NCBI RefSeq assembly: GCF_002113885.1
Contig: NW_018408906.1
Span: forward strand, 718,890-782,889
DNA length: 64,000 bases
DNA from: Mizuhopecten yessoensis
Taxonomy: Eukaryota
Direction: 5' to 3'
The notes beneath the pieces are model-generated. The model did not search any database. It was not told the origin of the DNA and saw nothing but the letters and a program-made list of their open reading frames with translations. Each line of letters begins with the position of its first letter. The first letter of the stretch is position 1. Position numbers and translations under genes: made by a program. Positions 1 through 11,932 of the stretch are shown here, one piece after another.

Positions 1-1301
1 AAAACTAATTTGATATTTATTAAAGTTTGTTACAATTTTATAACCTGGTATTGTATATTGTTGGCATTGTTGTAGCCTTTACGGTCCTCAGTTCAATCCT
101 AAGACAACTGTTCTTTGCACCAGGCTGCTAAAAACATTTGCTTTTATGTACAGTGAAACCTGTCTAATCTGATCCCTGAGTTATATGTTATATCCAACAC
201 CCAACTACCATATAATCTCATTTTTCATGAAAAATAAAAAGCATTATGATACCCAATCTAATATGGAAAATGGGTCCCACAGCAGGGTTTAAGATGCCAA
301 ACCAAAGGACGTTTTAGTGAAGTAACACATCTAATTATTAAGAGAGAGTGTTTGAGTTTTGACATAATGACAAGATTGATCGCAAAATATTTTATTTATA
401 AGATGGAGAAACTTAAACATTTTCTGATTGGGAAACATTCGTGCGAACATTTTTTGAGTTGAGCCTCCAAAATAACTTTTTTATAGACAGGGTTATTTAA
501 AGGAAATGTACCATACAATATATCTAACAATGGAAATATACTTCATCGTTGTTTAAAAAGATATTTCTTCATGTTGTTGGTCACACACAATCAAGGTTGA
601 ATATGTGTAATTGAAAAATGTACATCAATCATTTATTATACAAAGGTTATTATCATATTTATCAATTTTTTTAGGGAGAAAATAATTATTTTGTTGGGAA
701 CTATATATGTGTGTGTTCCAACTATATACAATTTGTTAACAATGGTTACACTGGTGTAGCAAAATTGATTTTACAAATTTAATATCAACAAGTTTGATAT
801 TTTGTTTTCATCAAATAGATGTGTTAATTAACTTAAATCTGTATGCTAGATTTTGATAATAACTAATGAAATAGGCTGTAAAACAAAAACAGTTTAATAT
901 AGAAATGAGGTTGATTTGTTTTTTGAAATATTGTGGATGAAATTTTAGTGTTGCATAAAACTAAGATATATGTATATATATATATACAAATGAATAAAAT
1001 TAACTTTTTATTAATTCTGTCTCTTCGTCTTCTTTTTACATTGTAGATAGACATGTTGGACGGAAAGCTTATATTCAAATTTATTGCAATTTGGACGTAA
1101 CGTATTTGGCGAGGGGGCAGGGTTGTTGTTGGTTTCTTATAAGGGATGAGGCGCTTATTATTGAGTTGAATACAGTAGCCATATCCTAGACTGTTTATCA
1201 ATTTTATTTCACAAGATATTTATGATACATACTGCATACTTAACATGAAATGTTTACTGAGTGTAACAATTTGTAGTTTTTGGTGGTGGTTATTGTTACA
1301 C

Positions 1302-1400
1302 AGGTCGGAGCGCTCTGGTTTTCCTCCACCACCATAACTAGCTGGCACGTCCTGAAATTACCATGGCTATCGAAAGGATGGAGAGTAATAACAAACAAAT
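1302..1400 (+). mobile_element. 3' fragment of a tRNA-derived SINE (same family as 2040-2262)
   Basis: Shares ctctggttttcctccaccacca..ctggcacgtcctgaaat and an (aaac)-rich tail with the 2040-2262 copy. Confidence 0.6.
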
Positions 1401-1968
1401 ATTTCTGTACTTTGTGCAATTAAAATTGTATTTCACATGACTACACTTGAATTTGAACAGTGATAAAATTGCGGGTACAAATGTTACCAGTACTTTTTGA
1501 CGAGAAATATTAGATTGTTATGATTATGAAATATATAAGATGGACATATTTCACGCATACATAACTGATGAGATGTATACATGTGTGATAATTAGAGGTT
1601 ATGATAGTCATTTTCATACCCTAACTCGTATATCAGCTCGGACCCCATTTTAGCCTGAGTTGCCCGAGACTATAGATTGTAAATGTATGGTTGGATACAG
1701 AAATGGCTATATGAACACTTTTTTATACTAATTTGTTTCAGACCAATCTGAATCTAGTCATGATTTGGCATACATGAATGTACAGCTTGCAGGTGAACAT
1801 TTTTGGTCCATATGAAAGAGATGCACAAGATAGAGAAACAATGTGTAATTCCATAATGAAAAGCAAAACAATGACATGTACCACAATAGTTCCTCTGCAC
1901 ACATGAAACTTAACTTCACATTGAAACTGATTACCAGGTTTAACCCCACCCCAGCTTAACATTTTTTA

Positions 1969-2600
1969 TGTGATGGGTGGAAAAAGAGAAATGTAAGGCC
2001 AGACAGGGATTTGAACCTGGGACCCTCAGAACTCGAAATGGGGGCCTCGGTGGCAAAGTGGTTAAGGCGTCTGACATTCTGCTACCACTAAAATCCTCCA
2101 CCACTGGGTTGCGGGTTCGAGGCCTACGTGGGGCAGTAAATTGCCAGGTACTGGCCGTAGGTCTGTGACTTTTCTTCAGGAACTCTGGCTTTCCTCCACC
2201 ACCAAAACCTGGCACATCCTTAAATGACCATAGCAGTTAATAGGACATAAAACAAAGACAAACGGAACTTTAAACAGACACAACCAAATGAGCTACCTGG
2301 TCACCAGCAATTGACCCAGACCAGTTCTGCTACATTCTTCCCTCCTTTTTGCAAGTCTTCATCCCTGAAGACAACACTATTCACCACCCAGGTTCGGGCA
2401 TCCGCTTGTCAAGCATTCACCCCCCTACTTGAAAAACGGGTTGGTCACAGGCACCAATTTTGTGATGGGAGAAGAGAAATGCACAGCTATAGACCAAGAT
2501 TTGAATCTGGGACCCTCTGAAATCTAGGAAGTACGGTCTACCAATTGAGCTACCTGGCCACTGTCAATCAATCTAGTCCAGTTCCGCAAGTTCCGCAACA
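1969..2600 (-). mobile_element. Miniature non-autonomous LTR element (TRIM) with tRNA-like LTRs, Helenus-type; 3' LTR interrupted by a SINE
   Basis: On the minus strand: LTR 2600-2461 (TG...CA), PBS-like TGGTGCCTGTGACC, ~125-bp interior, PPT AAAAAGGAGGGAAGAA (2350-2335), second LTR 2334-1969. LTRs contain A/B-box-like GTAGCTCAATTGGT and GGTTCAAATCC. Flanks TTTA/TTCA form a near-perfect 4-bp TSD. Confidence 0.8.
2040..2262 (+). mobile_element. tRNA-derived SINE with V-domain-like core, nested in the TRIM LTR
   Basis: tRNA-like head (ggggcctcggtggcaaagtggttaagg...gggttcgaggcc), core ttcttcaggaactctggctttcctccacca, (aaac)-type tail. Confidence 0.75.
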
Positions 2601-2844
2601 TTCAAAAGAGAGTGAGGTTATTTCATAGGATACCTTTGCACTAGAGAAAACAATACATGTCAAGAGAAAAAGACTATTGTTTGATTTCAAAAGAGGATCA
2701 GATGAGATGCTGATATAATATGTTTTGGGGGTTTGATATATTTTTCCTATTTTCTAAATAAATCTTTCCATCATTCTTTTTTTAAAGACTGCTGAATAAA
2801 GGAGGGAGGTTGAAAGTTGAAATAAGATTGATCTCAGCTTTTTG

Positions 2845-3034
2845 TATTCCGTCTTTGCGTATTGCAGAGTTATCTGCTCTTGTGAGCAGGTATTGATTGT
2901 TACGTCATTGGTTTGTGTGAGAAAGTTACGTCTTTTTCCCAAAAATTGATGACGATACTCTCACAAACCAATGACGTATCAATCAATACCTGCTCACAAG
3001 AGCAGATAACTCTGCAATACGAAAAGACAGAATA
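2845..3034. mobile_element. Fold-back MITE (near-perfect ~190-bp palindrome)
   Basis: TATTCCGTCTTTGCGTATTGCAGAGTTATCTGCTCTTGTGAGCAGGTATTGATTG... pairs with ...CAATCAATACCTGCTCACAAGAGCAGATAACTCTGCAATACGAAAAGACAGAATA. Confidence 0.8.
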
Positions 3035-3276
3035 GTGACCTGGTCAATTTATCCCAATACTAGGTACTATATAGTGATGAAACTATTATGATTCTTGAAA
3101 GATTGCTTTTATGGAATTCATGTAAATATATGAAGAATTATTACCCATTGTATTTGTTTTAAAAATTGCATGTACATTGTACATACACCTTATGCATTTT
3201 TGTTAATACAGGTGCACCAATTCTCAAGGATCTCCTGACAGACACCAAATCACATTGAACACATACTTTGGTAACC

Positions 3277-6200
3277 ATGGCAGCATTTATAACCAATCAG
3301 ACGCTAGATACAGAGTTTAGTGCAGATTCTACAGAATGGTGTCCCCATAGCAACCATCATGACATCTTGTTGTGTGGAACGTATCAACTGGACACTTCTG
3401 CTTCTAACTCTGGTACACAGGTACAGTAAAACAAAATGATTTATTTTGGAAAGGTTAAACAAAATAGGTCATTATATAGGCAAGTAGTTGTTTCACCCTT
3501 TCACCACTGTAGACCATAATGGACTCATCCAGATCAATGCATGGTAGAGTCTACTAAAGTTACATAGGGGTGAAAGTTATATAATATTGAGAATAAGTAG
3601 AGATGCTAACATTTAACAGAAATGGCCTCCAGGTATTTATATAGGGACCTATCAGAGATAGATCAGGCAACACACACCTATCACCTAGACATGACAGTGG
3701 AGATTTGATTCCCAAATCTGATGTAAAAAAATGAATTGAGTCAAATTGAACCAATTAACCATCTAGATTTTCTCAGGGAATTCTCCAGTTTCTTCCCATA
3801 TTTAGACCCCTCTGCACTATACCATTCAAGTCAAGAGTGAATGTTATCAGTTGATAGAACTTCAATGTTCCATAATTGTAAAGTTGTAAAATAATTCATA
3901 TTTATATGTTTATTTATTTTAAAATTTGGAATATCATGAGACAGGAAGTACAGATGATTTTTCTCCTAATTGTATAGGACCGAGTCATTTTTAATTAGTA
4001 TACATAAAAAAGTATTAAAACAGTCCTTGGTAAGTTGGTAGTGATCTGCATGACCAGCATTTTTTTCCATTTAGTCTTGATGAAAAACTTCACAATGCAA
4101 TATTTTATACAAACAGACTGTTTTGAAATATTATGGAAAATTGTACTCAGATTTCCAGAGGAAAAGCCCTGTGTCCTCATGTGATACTGAGAGTGTGCTT
4201 TCACGGAGCATAATTAAGGGCTAAAGAAAGTGTTTAATGTACAGTGTGTCACTAGGCGTGGTGTTAAACGCTATATATCCTCCCAGTGTCACGTTTTCAA
4301 GATTTTCTGTTGTATTAATTTCAGGAATCTGATGACAGCACCGCTTTACAGAGACGACAGACCAGACATGGCCGACTGTACATCCACAGACTGACCAGTG
4401 GTCAGGAACTGGCCACAGAGACTACACTGGACATGCCAGGAATTCTGGACATTAAGTGGTGTCCTGTACCTTCTCCGGACGGATCCCTCATGGCCTTGGT
4501 CAACTCTGTTGGTCAGTTACGACTCTACAGGATGACTGACAGTGAGGCTGGTGCTCCTGACCAAAAAGTTGATATGACAGAGGTCATGAACTTTGACCTT
4601 GGAGATGACTGTCTTGGATTATCATTGGACTGGTCAAATCGAGTAAACAAAGGGTGAGAATATTAATTTAATACCCAGCAAAGGTGGGGATTATTAAATG
4701 TGTCAGTTGAATATCAGATATATGTTTTATGAATGTGGATCAGGGATTTTTTTTCAGTGAAATATATCTCATGTTAGACAAAAAATCTTTTCTGTTTATT
4801 ACATTTTATATACCATTCTCACGTCAATTACAAGGTCTGCTAATAAATTACATTGTCAACAGAATGCTGATCATGGCATATGTGTATCGTATAACAATAC
4901 AGAATGTTTATACATAATCATTATGATGTTACAGTTATAGTCAAGGGTGTTATTTTCACAGTCAATCTCTGATTGGTCAGTTTACTGTGGGGAAAAAAAA
5001 GGAAAAACAAGTTGTATTTGTCACATTAAACTAGTTTTGTCAAAAAACTTAGTGTAATATCATTGGTAAAACAAAATGTTATAAATTTCCATAGGAAAAA
5101 CATTTATTATATAACGTCATGATGCTACATAACAATATACCTTATTGTCTACAGACCTCCGACTAACATATGTAGTTCCACGTCCACGGGTGATATCCAC
5201 GTACATGCTGTGGATGGTGGTGACCTTCGACCCCTGACAAGCTGGAAAGCTCATGACTTTGAGGCTTGGATCACCGCTTTCAACTACTGGGACACCAATC
5301 TCATCTATACAGGTAAGTGTGACGTCAAGATAATACAGGGAGATTTTAATGCAAGGTCAAGGTTAGAAAGAATGTCAGGTGAGGTCAAAGAATGAAAGGA
5401 ATTTTGGGCAATTTAGGTCAGAGGTTAAACTGACTTCAAAGGGAGGTCAGTAAGTCATGGTAAAAGGTTAAAGAGAAATTAAGTTGAATTCAAAGGTTGA
5501 ATGTACTTAAAAAGTACTTGAAGGCAAGGTTGTATTAAGTTGATAGGGCTTTCAATTGAGGTCAAAGTTAATATCCACGTATTGAGGTCAAAGTTAAAGG
5601 AAATTTAAAGTAAGATGAAAAATTATCAGTAAATGAAATTTACAGCAAGGCCAAAAGTTAATAGATTTAAACAGTGACATTTTGTTTTTTGGTACTTACA
5701 GGTGGTGATGACAGCAAGCTGAAGGGTTGGGACATGCGGATGGATCCCAAGCAGACAGTTTTTGTCAACAAGAGGTGACCAACACTCATAGATACTATAA
5801 ACTTATTTATTTTAGAGCACTAAAATTTTAGCGCTTATCAAATTTTAACAGATTAGCACGTTGATGAATTGGTGCACTCACAAGATATGTAAAAGAAAGC
5901 AATATGCAGGAACTGGAATTGGCAGAGTAATAATTAAGGCAATATTTAAAGTGCGAAAAGTGATAAAATAAGAATACCACTAAAATATGTACTTTTACAG
6001 TAATCTGTAGTTCACTTGATCTAAATGTGTAGCATGTTGAGATGAAAGGCTATCAGTTCTGAACAGATTAGCATTGACCATCTTTCAAGGTCATAGGGGT
6101 CACTTTGTAATTAGAATATTCAAATAGCTGTCAAATAACCAAGACGTCTAGGGTAGTGATACTTGGCCAGTAGCATGCTGGGATGAAGGGATATCAAGTG

Positions 6201-9200
6201 TATTTAACCCTTTCATCACTGTAGACCATAATGGACTCATCCAGATGAATGTATGGTAGAGTCTACTCAAGTTATCTAGGGGTTAAATAACCTACATTGA
6301 CTTACTTTCAAGGTCACAGGAGTTATATTTTTAAAAATATTCAAAAAAACTTTTTCTGAATAACCTAGAGGTCTAGAGTAATGATATTTGTAATCAAAGT
6401 AGGAAAAAATGGCTATCTTTTACTGAAAATTGAACCGGAAATTTGATGTAATTTAAAATTTATTGACTAGAGAAAAATGCTGAACTTTTTTGTATATCGT
6501 GATATTTTTGTCCCAACAGACACACCATGGGTGTTACCAGTATACAGAGCTGTCCAAACAGGGAACACATACTAGGCACTGGCAGGTAATATGAATATAT
6601 TATAATCTAGTTTGATTTTTCACACGTTTTACTCTCAGAACTTGAACATGTTGGTGAAGGGTAAATATTTTGATATACAGACCTTTTTTCTTTAAACGCT
6701 GTGACTCTCTTTAACAGCAGTGATAATGATTAGATATAGAAGATAGTCTTGGTTTCTTGATGAATAACAGATATATTTCATGAATGGGTTGAAAATTTGG
6801 ATATTTTTCATGAGTGAAATACACCTGTTATACATAAAGAAAACAAGAACATTCTGTTTATGATATTTTTCTCTATAAAGATGTTGGCTTCTGAGAGCAG
6901 ATAATCCGTCTCATGCCAAAAAATATTGAGATAAGGAATACTGTATTGCAATGCCCTAATAAGAAAACAAATGTCGGAGCAGCAATGATGTCACAATTGA
7001 TAATGCCTATCAATTGATACTTTTCACACTAAACTCAGTTCTCTGGTTGGTCAATTTAGAGTTAAATTTAAAAAAAAAGTGTTATTTGTCAAATTAGAAA
7101 AATATCGAATTAGTTTGTATACGCCTGTCAAATTTGACGAGAGTATTATGGTAAGGGGGTTGTCCGTCCTTCCGTCCGTCCGTCCATCCGTCCATCCGTC
7201 CGGCGTGAACTTTTGTTTGTCTGGCAATCTCCTCCTACATTTTCCGGCCAATCTCTTTAAATCTTGGGTTACATCATAATCATGATGTGAAGTTGTGTCT
7301 CCCTTAAAAGAATTTTGATTCAACAATTTTTCCAAAAGTTATTGCCCTTTGTTCATTTCAGTATTTAATTTTTGTCCGGCAATCTCCTACATTTTTCGAC
7401 CGATATCTTTGAAACTTGCTATACATCATAATCATGATATGAAGTTGTGTCTCCCTTAAAAGAATTTTGATTCAACGAGTTTTGCAAAGGTTATTGCCCT
7501 TTGTTCATTTCAGTATCTGATTTTTTGTCCGGAGATTTTCTCCCACATTTTTTTTATAGCATGTCAGCTAACCACTCTTAGAATGATGCAAATCTTATTA
7601 TGTAAGAAAGTATATAACACTATATGACATTCGACGGGCGTATATTGTTCCGTCCCGCGGTACTCTTGTTACTGTTTAAAGATAAGCATAACACACACGA
7701 GAGGTGTCTGCACTTTTACAATTTAGCAATAAATACAGTATGCTAAAAATGAATTACACGATACCATACAGCTGTTTCGTCCTAAGACTCATTGGTGATA
7801 CTAGGGGCCAAAACATTGGAAATCGACAGGTTAAAAAATTAATAAGGTGTTCTTATTTGATTATGGAATTGCCTTTGTAGCTATGCGTAGGATCCAGACT
7901 TGTCGAAGTTGATGGTGTGTTTTCCTGTTTCTGATGCATTGTATGTTGACGCCTAAAACTAAAACAATGTATCTCTCTTTTACAGCTATGATGAAGAATT
8001 GATGGTGTGGGATACTCGTAAGATGAGGTCCCCCCTAGTGACCACGTCCCTGGGTGGGGGAATCTGGAGAATAAAATGGGAGCCCAAGCATGGACAACAC
8101 ATCCTTACTGCTACTATGTACAATGGTTTCCATGTTGTAGATGCGAGCAATCTCACAGGTAGGGACCATTACCTATACAGATACATGTACCTGTGTGTCT
8201 TTAAAATATTTCATGCATGTGTGTATTACCATCCTCAATACTTGAGGGGCTTCGCTCGCTTCGTTCTCTGCACCCCTGGAATATGTCATGACAAAATTGA
8301 AGGCTCAGTATGCGCCACATAATAATACAAGTAGACTAGATTGATCCTTGATGTATAACGTACATCATATATAAGAATCGCACAGCAGCATAATGGTAAA
8401 ATTGACTGGCTTTCAAGTCGGTTGTTACTCCTCTCTAATCTTCAAAGGACAGATTTTTGTTTTTTTCATGAGTTTCCATTTCATATGAGATTTATGAAAT
8501 GAGTCTTAAGAATTTTTCAATTTAGCGAGCCTCTGGCGAGCTCAAATGAAAAATTTCTGACGAGTTTCATAAATTTCATCTGAAATGAAAACGAGTGTAA
8601 GATCCTTTATATTCCATGATCAAGATTTGTGGCATTTATTTCTGTAAAACGACAATTTTCATGCAACCTTGAAAGGAAACGTCCTTTTGACTCCATTGTG
8701 CAAGTCTGTGATGTCATGTACTGGTCCTAGTCATGACGTTACAATTGAAACAATTGAAACTTACAACCAATCACAGGGCTGATAGGTCATATTACACGGG
8801 TTAATACGCAAACAAATATGACATGGGTATATTCACTGGATAACACAGTACATTATGTGATTGTTTGTTTGCCTGAGACCAATCTTCATGCCTTCAAATT
8901 TGCCACAACATTTTCCTGAGTTACAGAGAGGGTAACAGAGTGTAACCCCTGGTGCTCTATAAACTTGTGTGTATTTCAAACCCTCTGAACTTACAGGATT
9001 TGTCGTAATTAGCACCCAGGGCATTGAAAAGTTATCTTAAATGGGGGCTTATTATAATAAAATGACAGTTAGTATAGAACCAGTTGTGTAACGTCAATCG
9101 TTGCTAGGATATTATAAACAATCCAGTGTGGATGGAGGTTTGGATGTCAAATGTTTCATCATCTACATGGGAAGTTTAGGTCATGATTACCAGACATAAA

Positions 9201-9807
9201 TCCCTGTTTTAAAGTGAAAGTACTATAAATCATTGACAGGGCCAGGTCAGGTCTAGGAGGGGGTCCGGTCTATATCATTTAAATTCCTCCCAAACAGGGG
9301 AGGGGCGCTTATTACGACAAATACGGTATGTGTCTTATAACTTTAGAAAACTTGTACATGTATTATAAATAGTAGTTAGTTTGTGTATATAATTAATATT
9401 ATGATCTAAATTTGTGTATGTTACAAACCCATGTGTATTAAAATTGTAATTATCACAGAACCCTGTGTATTATTACAACATACATCTAAAGTTTTCCTGA
9501 ACTTGTATATATTTGTCTTTCAGAAGAGCCACTTCCTATTCTGTGTCACTATGACAAACACACATCCCTGGCTTACGGAGCGGATTGGTGCTACATGGAT
9601 CCCCCCTCTCCCTCCTCACATGCCCCTGGGGAGGGGGCAGACAAAAAGGACTTGCCCATCCCCTCGGGGAATACAGGCAGTGAACAAGGTCAAAGTGCAT
9701 CACAGGTTCCTGTTAACAATGACTTCCTAAAAACTATAGCGACTTGTTCATTTTATGATCATATTCTCAATTTGTGGCAAATCAATCTCAATTCATCATT
9801 AGGATAG
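3277..9807 (+). CDS. DPH7: Diphthine methyl ester hydrolase / WD40 protein DPH7 (WDR85), 7 coding exons, 408 aa
   Basis: join(3277..3420,4325..4653,5155..5312,5702..5774,6520..6585,7986..8158,9524..9807). All introns are GT-AG with matching phases; 1227 nt is open to TAG. The translation has DPH7-type motifs: TLDTEFSADSTEWCP, LLCGTYQL, GILDIKW, LSLDW, WKAHDFEAWITAFNYW, YTGGDD, HTMGVTSI, TGSYDE, GGGIWRIKW, HTSLAYGADW, ATCSFYDH. An acceptor at 3210-3211 implies an unlocated upstream UTR exon. Confidence 0.95.
3492..3577 (+). mobile_element. ~85-bp mini-MITE, piggyBac-like ends (copy 1 of 4)
   Basis: Same sequence recurs at ~6204-6287, ~9819-9901 (reverse) and 41922-42012. Consensus ends are TTAA-CCCTTTCACC...GGTGAAAGGG-TTAA. 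Confidence 0.7.
6204..6287 (+). mobile_element. ~85-bp mini-MITE, piggyBac-like ends (copy 2), inside a satellite-unit remnant
   Basis: ttaaccctttcatcactgtagaccataatggactcatccagatg...ctaggggttaa. Confidence 0.7.
7113..7670 (+). mobile_element. Non-autonomous Helentron-like element (HINE/pearl-type) in DPH7 intron 5
   Basis: T-rich start, subterminal IR (tatacgcctgtc...gacgggcgtata), (GTCC)n microsatellite 7162-7202, ~150-bp internal tandem units, 3' end ...ctcttgtt. Confidence 0.75.
8470..8612. repeat. Imperfect palindromic repeat core (non-autonomous DNA element) in DPH7 intron 6
   Basis: tttcatatgagatttatgaaatgagtc..gaatttttca / tgaaaaattt..gacgagtttcataaatttcatctgaaa, centred on gcgagcctctggcgagc. 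Confidence 0.55.
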
Positions 9808-9818
9808 GTTTTAACTCG

Positions 9819-9901
9819 TTAACCCCTGTGTAACTTAAGTTAACTCTTCCATTCATTGTTCTGGAGGAGTCCATTTTGGTCTCCAGTGGTGAAAGGGTTA
9901 A
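9819..9901 (-). mobile_element. ~85-bp mini-MITE (copy 3) immediately after the DPH7 stop codon
   Basis: ttaacccctgtgtaactt...ctccagtggtgaaagggttaa is a diverged reverse complement of the 3492/41922 family. Confidence 0.6.
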
Positions 9902-10599
9902 GTGAAAATTCTCGTCAATAAAATATTATCAAAAAAAAACGTTTCTTCTCTTTTCTTTTGAAGCCTTTTTTTAGCATATCACAATCGGATGTGATTGGAT
10001 TGGTTATATAAGATGTGATTCTTTGTGGCAGAACTAGACCAAGACGTTCACTGTTGACTATAGATAGCTTAGTCATTGACATCTCATCAGACAAGTATGG
10101 GGTCCCAGATTTAGTTGGGTTTACAGGTAATAGACACAACATATCCTATGCCTATATTCTAATATGTAATTAGTAAAGGTAAATAGCGAAATGCTAAATC
10201 AAGTCCAAGAAAACGACGAAAAAAATAAAAATCGTGAGCCCGGCGGTCAAAACTGTGTTTAGATCTCCTCACAAATCCCCATTTTACCATTTAAAACAAT
10301 CCGTTTGAAAATTGATCGACTTACCTCCAAAATATGACATTTGAAAGTTGGAGAAATCGCCTATTCAGTTAGCGAAACATTTGGGACGTCCAGAACTTTT
10401 GTTGAAAAACGGCTATTTTTAACGGGATATCAACGATTTTCAGGGGTAACCATCCTTGACGTGTTTCCAAATTGATATTCCCATTATGGCACGTTAGAAA
10501 TTTAAAATAAAATCTGAAGAAGAAAAAAGAAAAAAAAAGATCAAATTGAGGTCTTGACCTTAGGTACCTGTGGCGACTTGGTTGCTTCCTCCATTTCAC

Positions 10600-10825
10600 T
10601 TACATTGTATGCAATGTGAATCGGGAAAGACTGGAGACACAATGCATAAACTTTATAAATAAATGTAGCTTATGATTTCAGGAGATATATGCATTGATAC
10701 TTCCAATGATTAAAAGGATTTGTCGTCCGCAAAGAATTTGGAAAGGCTTTTAGGATTATCAGATATAAAATGAACAGTAAAGGACTTAGTGCTGAGCCTT
10801 GGGGGACACCATGGCCAGCATTAAT
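10600..10825 (-). mobile_element. Decayed non-LTR (CR1/L2-like) reverse transcriptase fragment
   Basis: Minus strand reads GVPQGSALSPLLFILY followed, after a frameshift, by FFADD. Confidence 0.7.
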
Positions 10826-11002
10826 AGTTTAAACATAAAAGGAGGGGATGCCAATTTAGGCCTTATTGTGGCCATCACCGATACGTTTTAGTTTTATTCA
10901 TATACATAGATAAACAACCATTCCGATATATGAAGGGATTAAGTGGGGGACCAAAATCACAAACGGCCTCTTTTTGACAAAACCCTTCATACCCTTTTCA
11001 AC

Positions 11003-11383
11003 TGTAGCGGAAATGGACTGGGTCGTTTGCCGCCGACCATGTTGCTTAATTGGTACGTAGATCGAGCGTCCGTCTAGAGTTTGGAAAGTCCCGGGTTTAG
11101 AACCTCGGTTTGGCCGTGTATTTTCCCGCTCCTATTACATTTGGTGTCTGTGACCAACCCTTGTTTCAAGTACTGGGTGAATACTTGATGAGGGGATACA
11201 CGAACCTGGGTTGTACAGTATATGGTTGTGTCTTCGAGGGCAAAGACTTAGAAAAAGGAAGGAGGAATGTAGCGGAATGGGACTGGGTCGTTCACCGGCG
11301 ACAAGGTTTGTAGCTCAATTGGTAGAGTGCACTTCTAGATCGGAGGGTCCTGGGTTCAAACCCCGGTCCAGCCGTGCCATTTA
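11003..11383 (+). mobile_element. Miniature LTR element (TRIM) with tRNA-like LTRs, Helenus-type
   Basis: LTR1 11003-11139 (TGTAGCGGAA...CTATTACA), PBS-like TGGTGTCTGTGACC within 11140-11155, PPT AGAAAAAGGAAGGAGGAA 11250-11267. LTR2 starts TGTAGCGGAA at 11268, contains GTAGCTCAATTGGTAGAG and GGTTCAAACCC, and appears 3'-truncated. Confidence 0.85.
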
Positions 11384-11932
11384 TTCATAAATGCCATGTT
11401 TTTCACACAAAGGCCAAACAATAGCTGCTTTTTTTTTTGTTTGGAGATGCCTCTGACTTCAAGATAGATTAGTCCACAATAAAAAACAAATGTACATCTA
11501 AATACTTACGTTTTTGGAATACAGTGAGTGTGCTGTAGAAAATGAATTTCGTCTGTCAGTGATTTGATCAAATTCAGAATTATCTTCAGTGCAATGATTA
11601 AAATAAATGGATGCCCATTAAAGTATGATATTCTTTTCCAGTTTTGACTGATATTTTGGCTAACATAATGGGATGTTAACCACCCCTTGACCAGGGATGT
11701 GTGGTACACATCCCTGCCTTGACACACACCTAACATATTTTTATTTTGGGCTGAGGTCCATATTTCTGTGAGTTAAATGCATACATGTACGAGAGCCTGT
11801 TTCGTCCAAAATGATAAAGAGTATGTTATCTGGACTATAGCACATATTTTAACTTGATACCATCTCATAAATTATAAATCGTTGGATCCAAATATTGTAG
11901 CGTAAAATCTCAAGCTACTTTCGCACATAGAG

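Noticed and set aside
863-1201. 112-aa ORF and most other short AT-rich ORFs in the track
   Set aside because: No motifs or consistent splice structure; compatible with chance ORFs in intronic, intergenic or repeat DNA.
11300-11380. Functional tRNA genes (also ~2040, ~2480-2560, ~39020-39095, ~39470-39540)
   Set aside because: A/B boxes are present but I could not fold complete cloverleafs; each lies inside an LTR or SINE structure.
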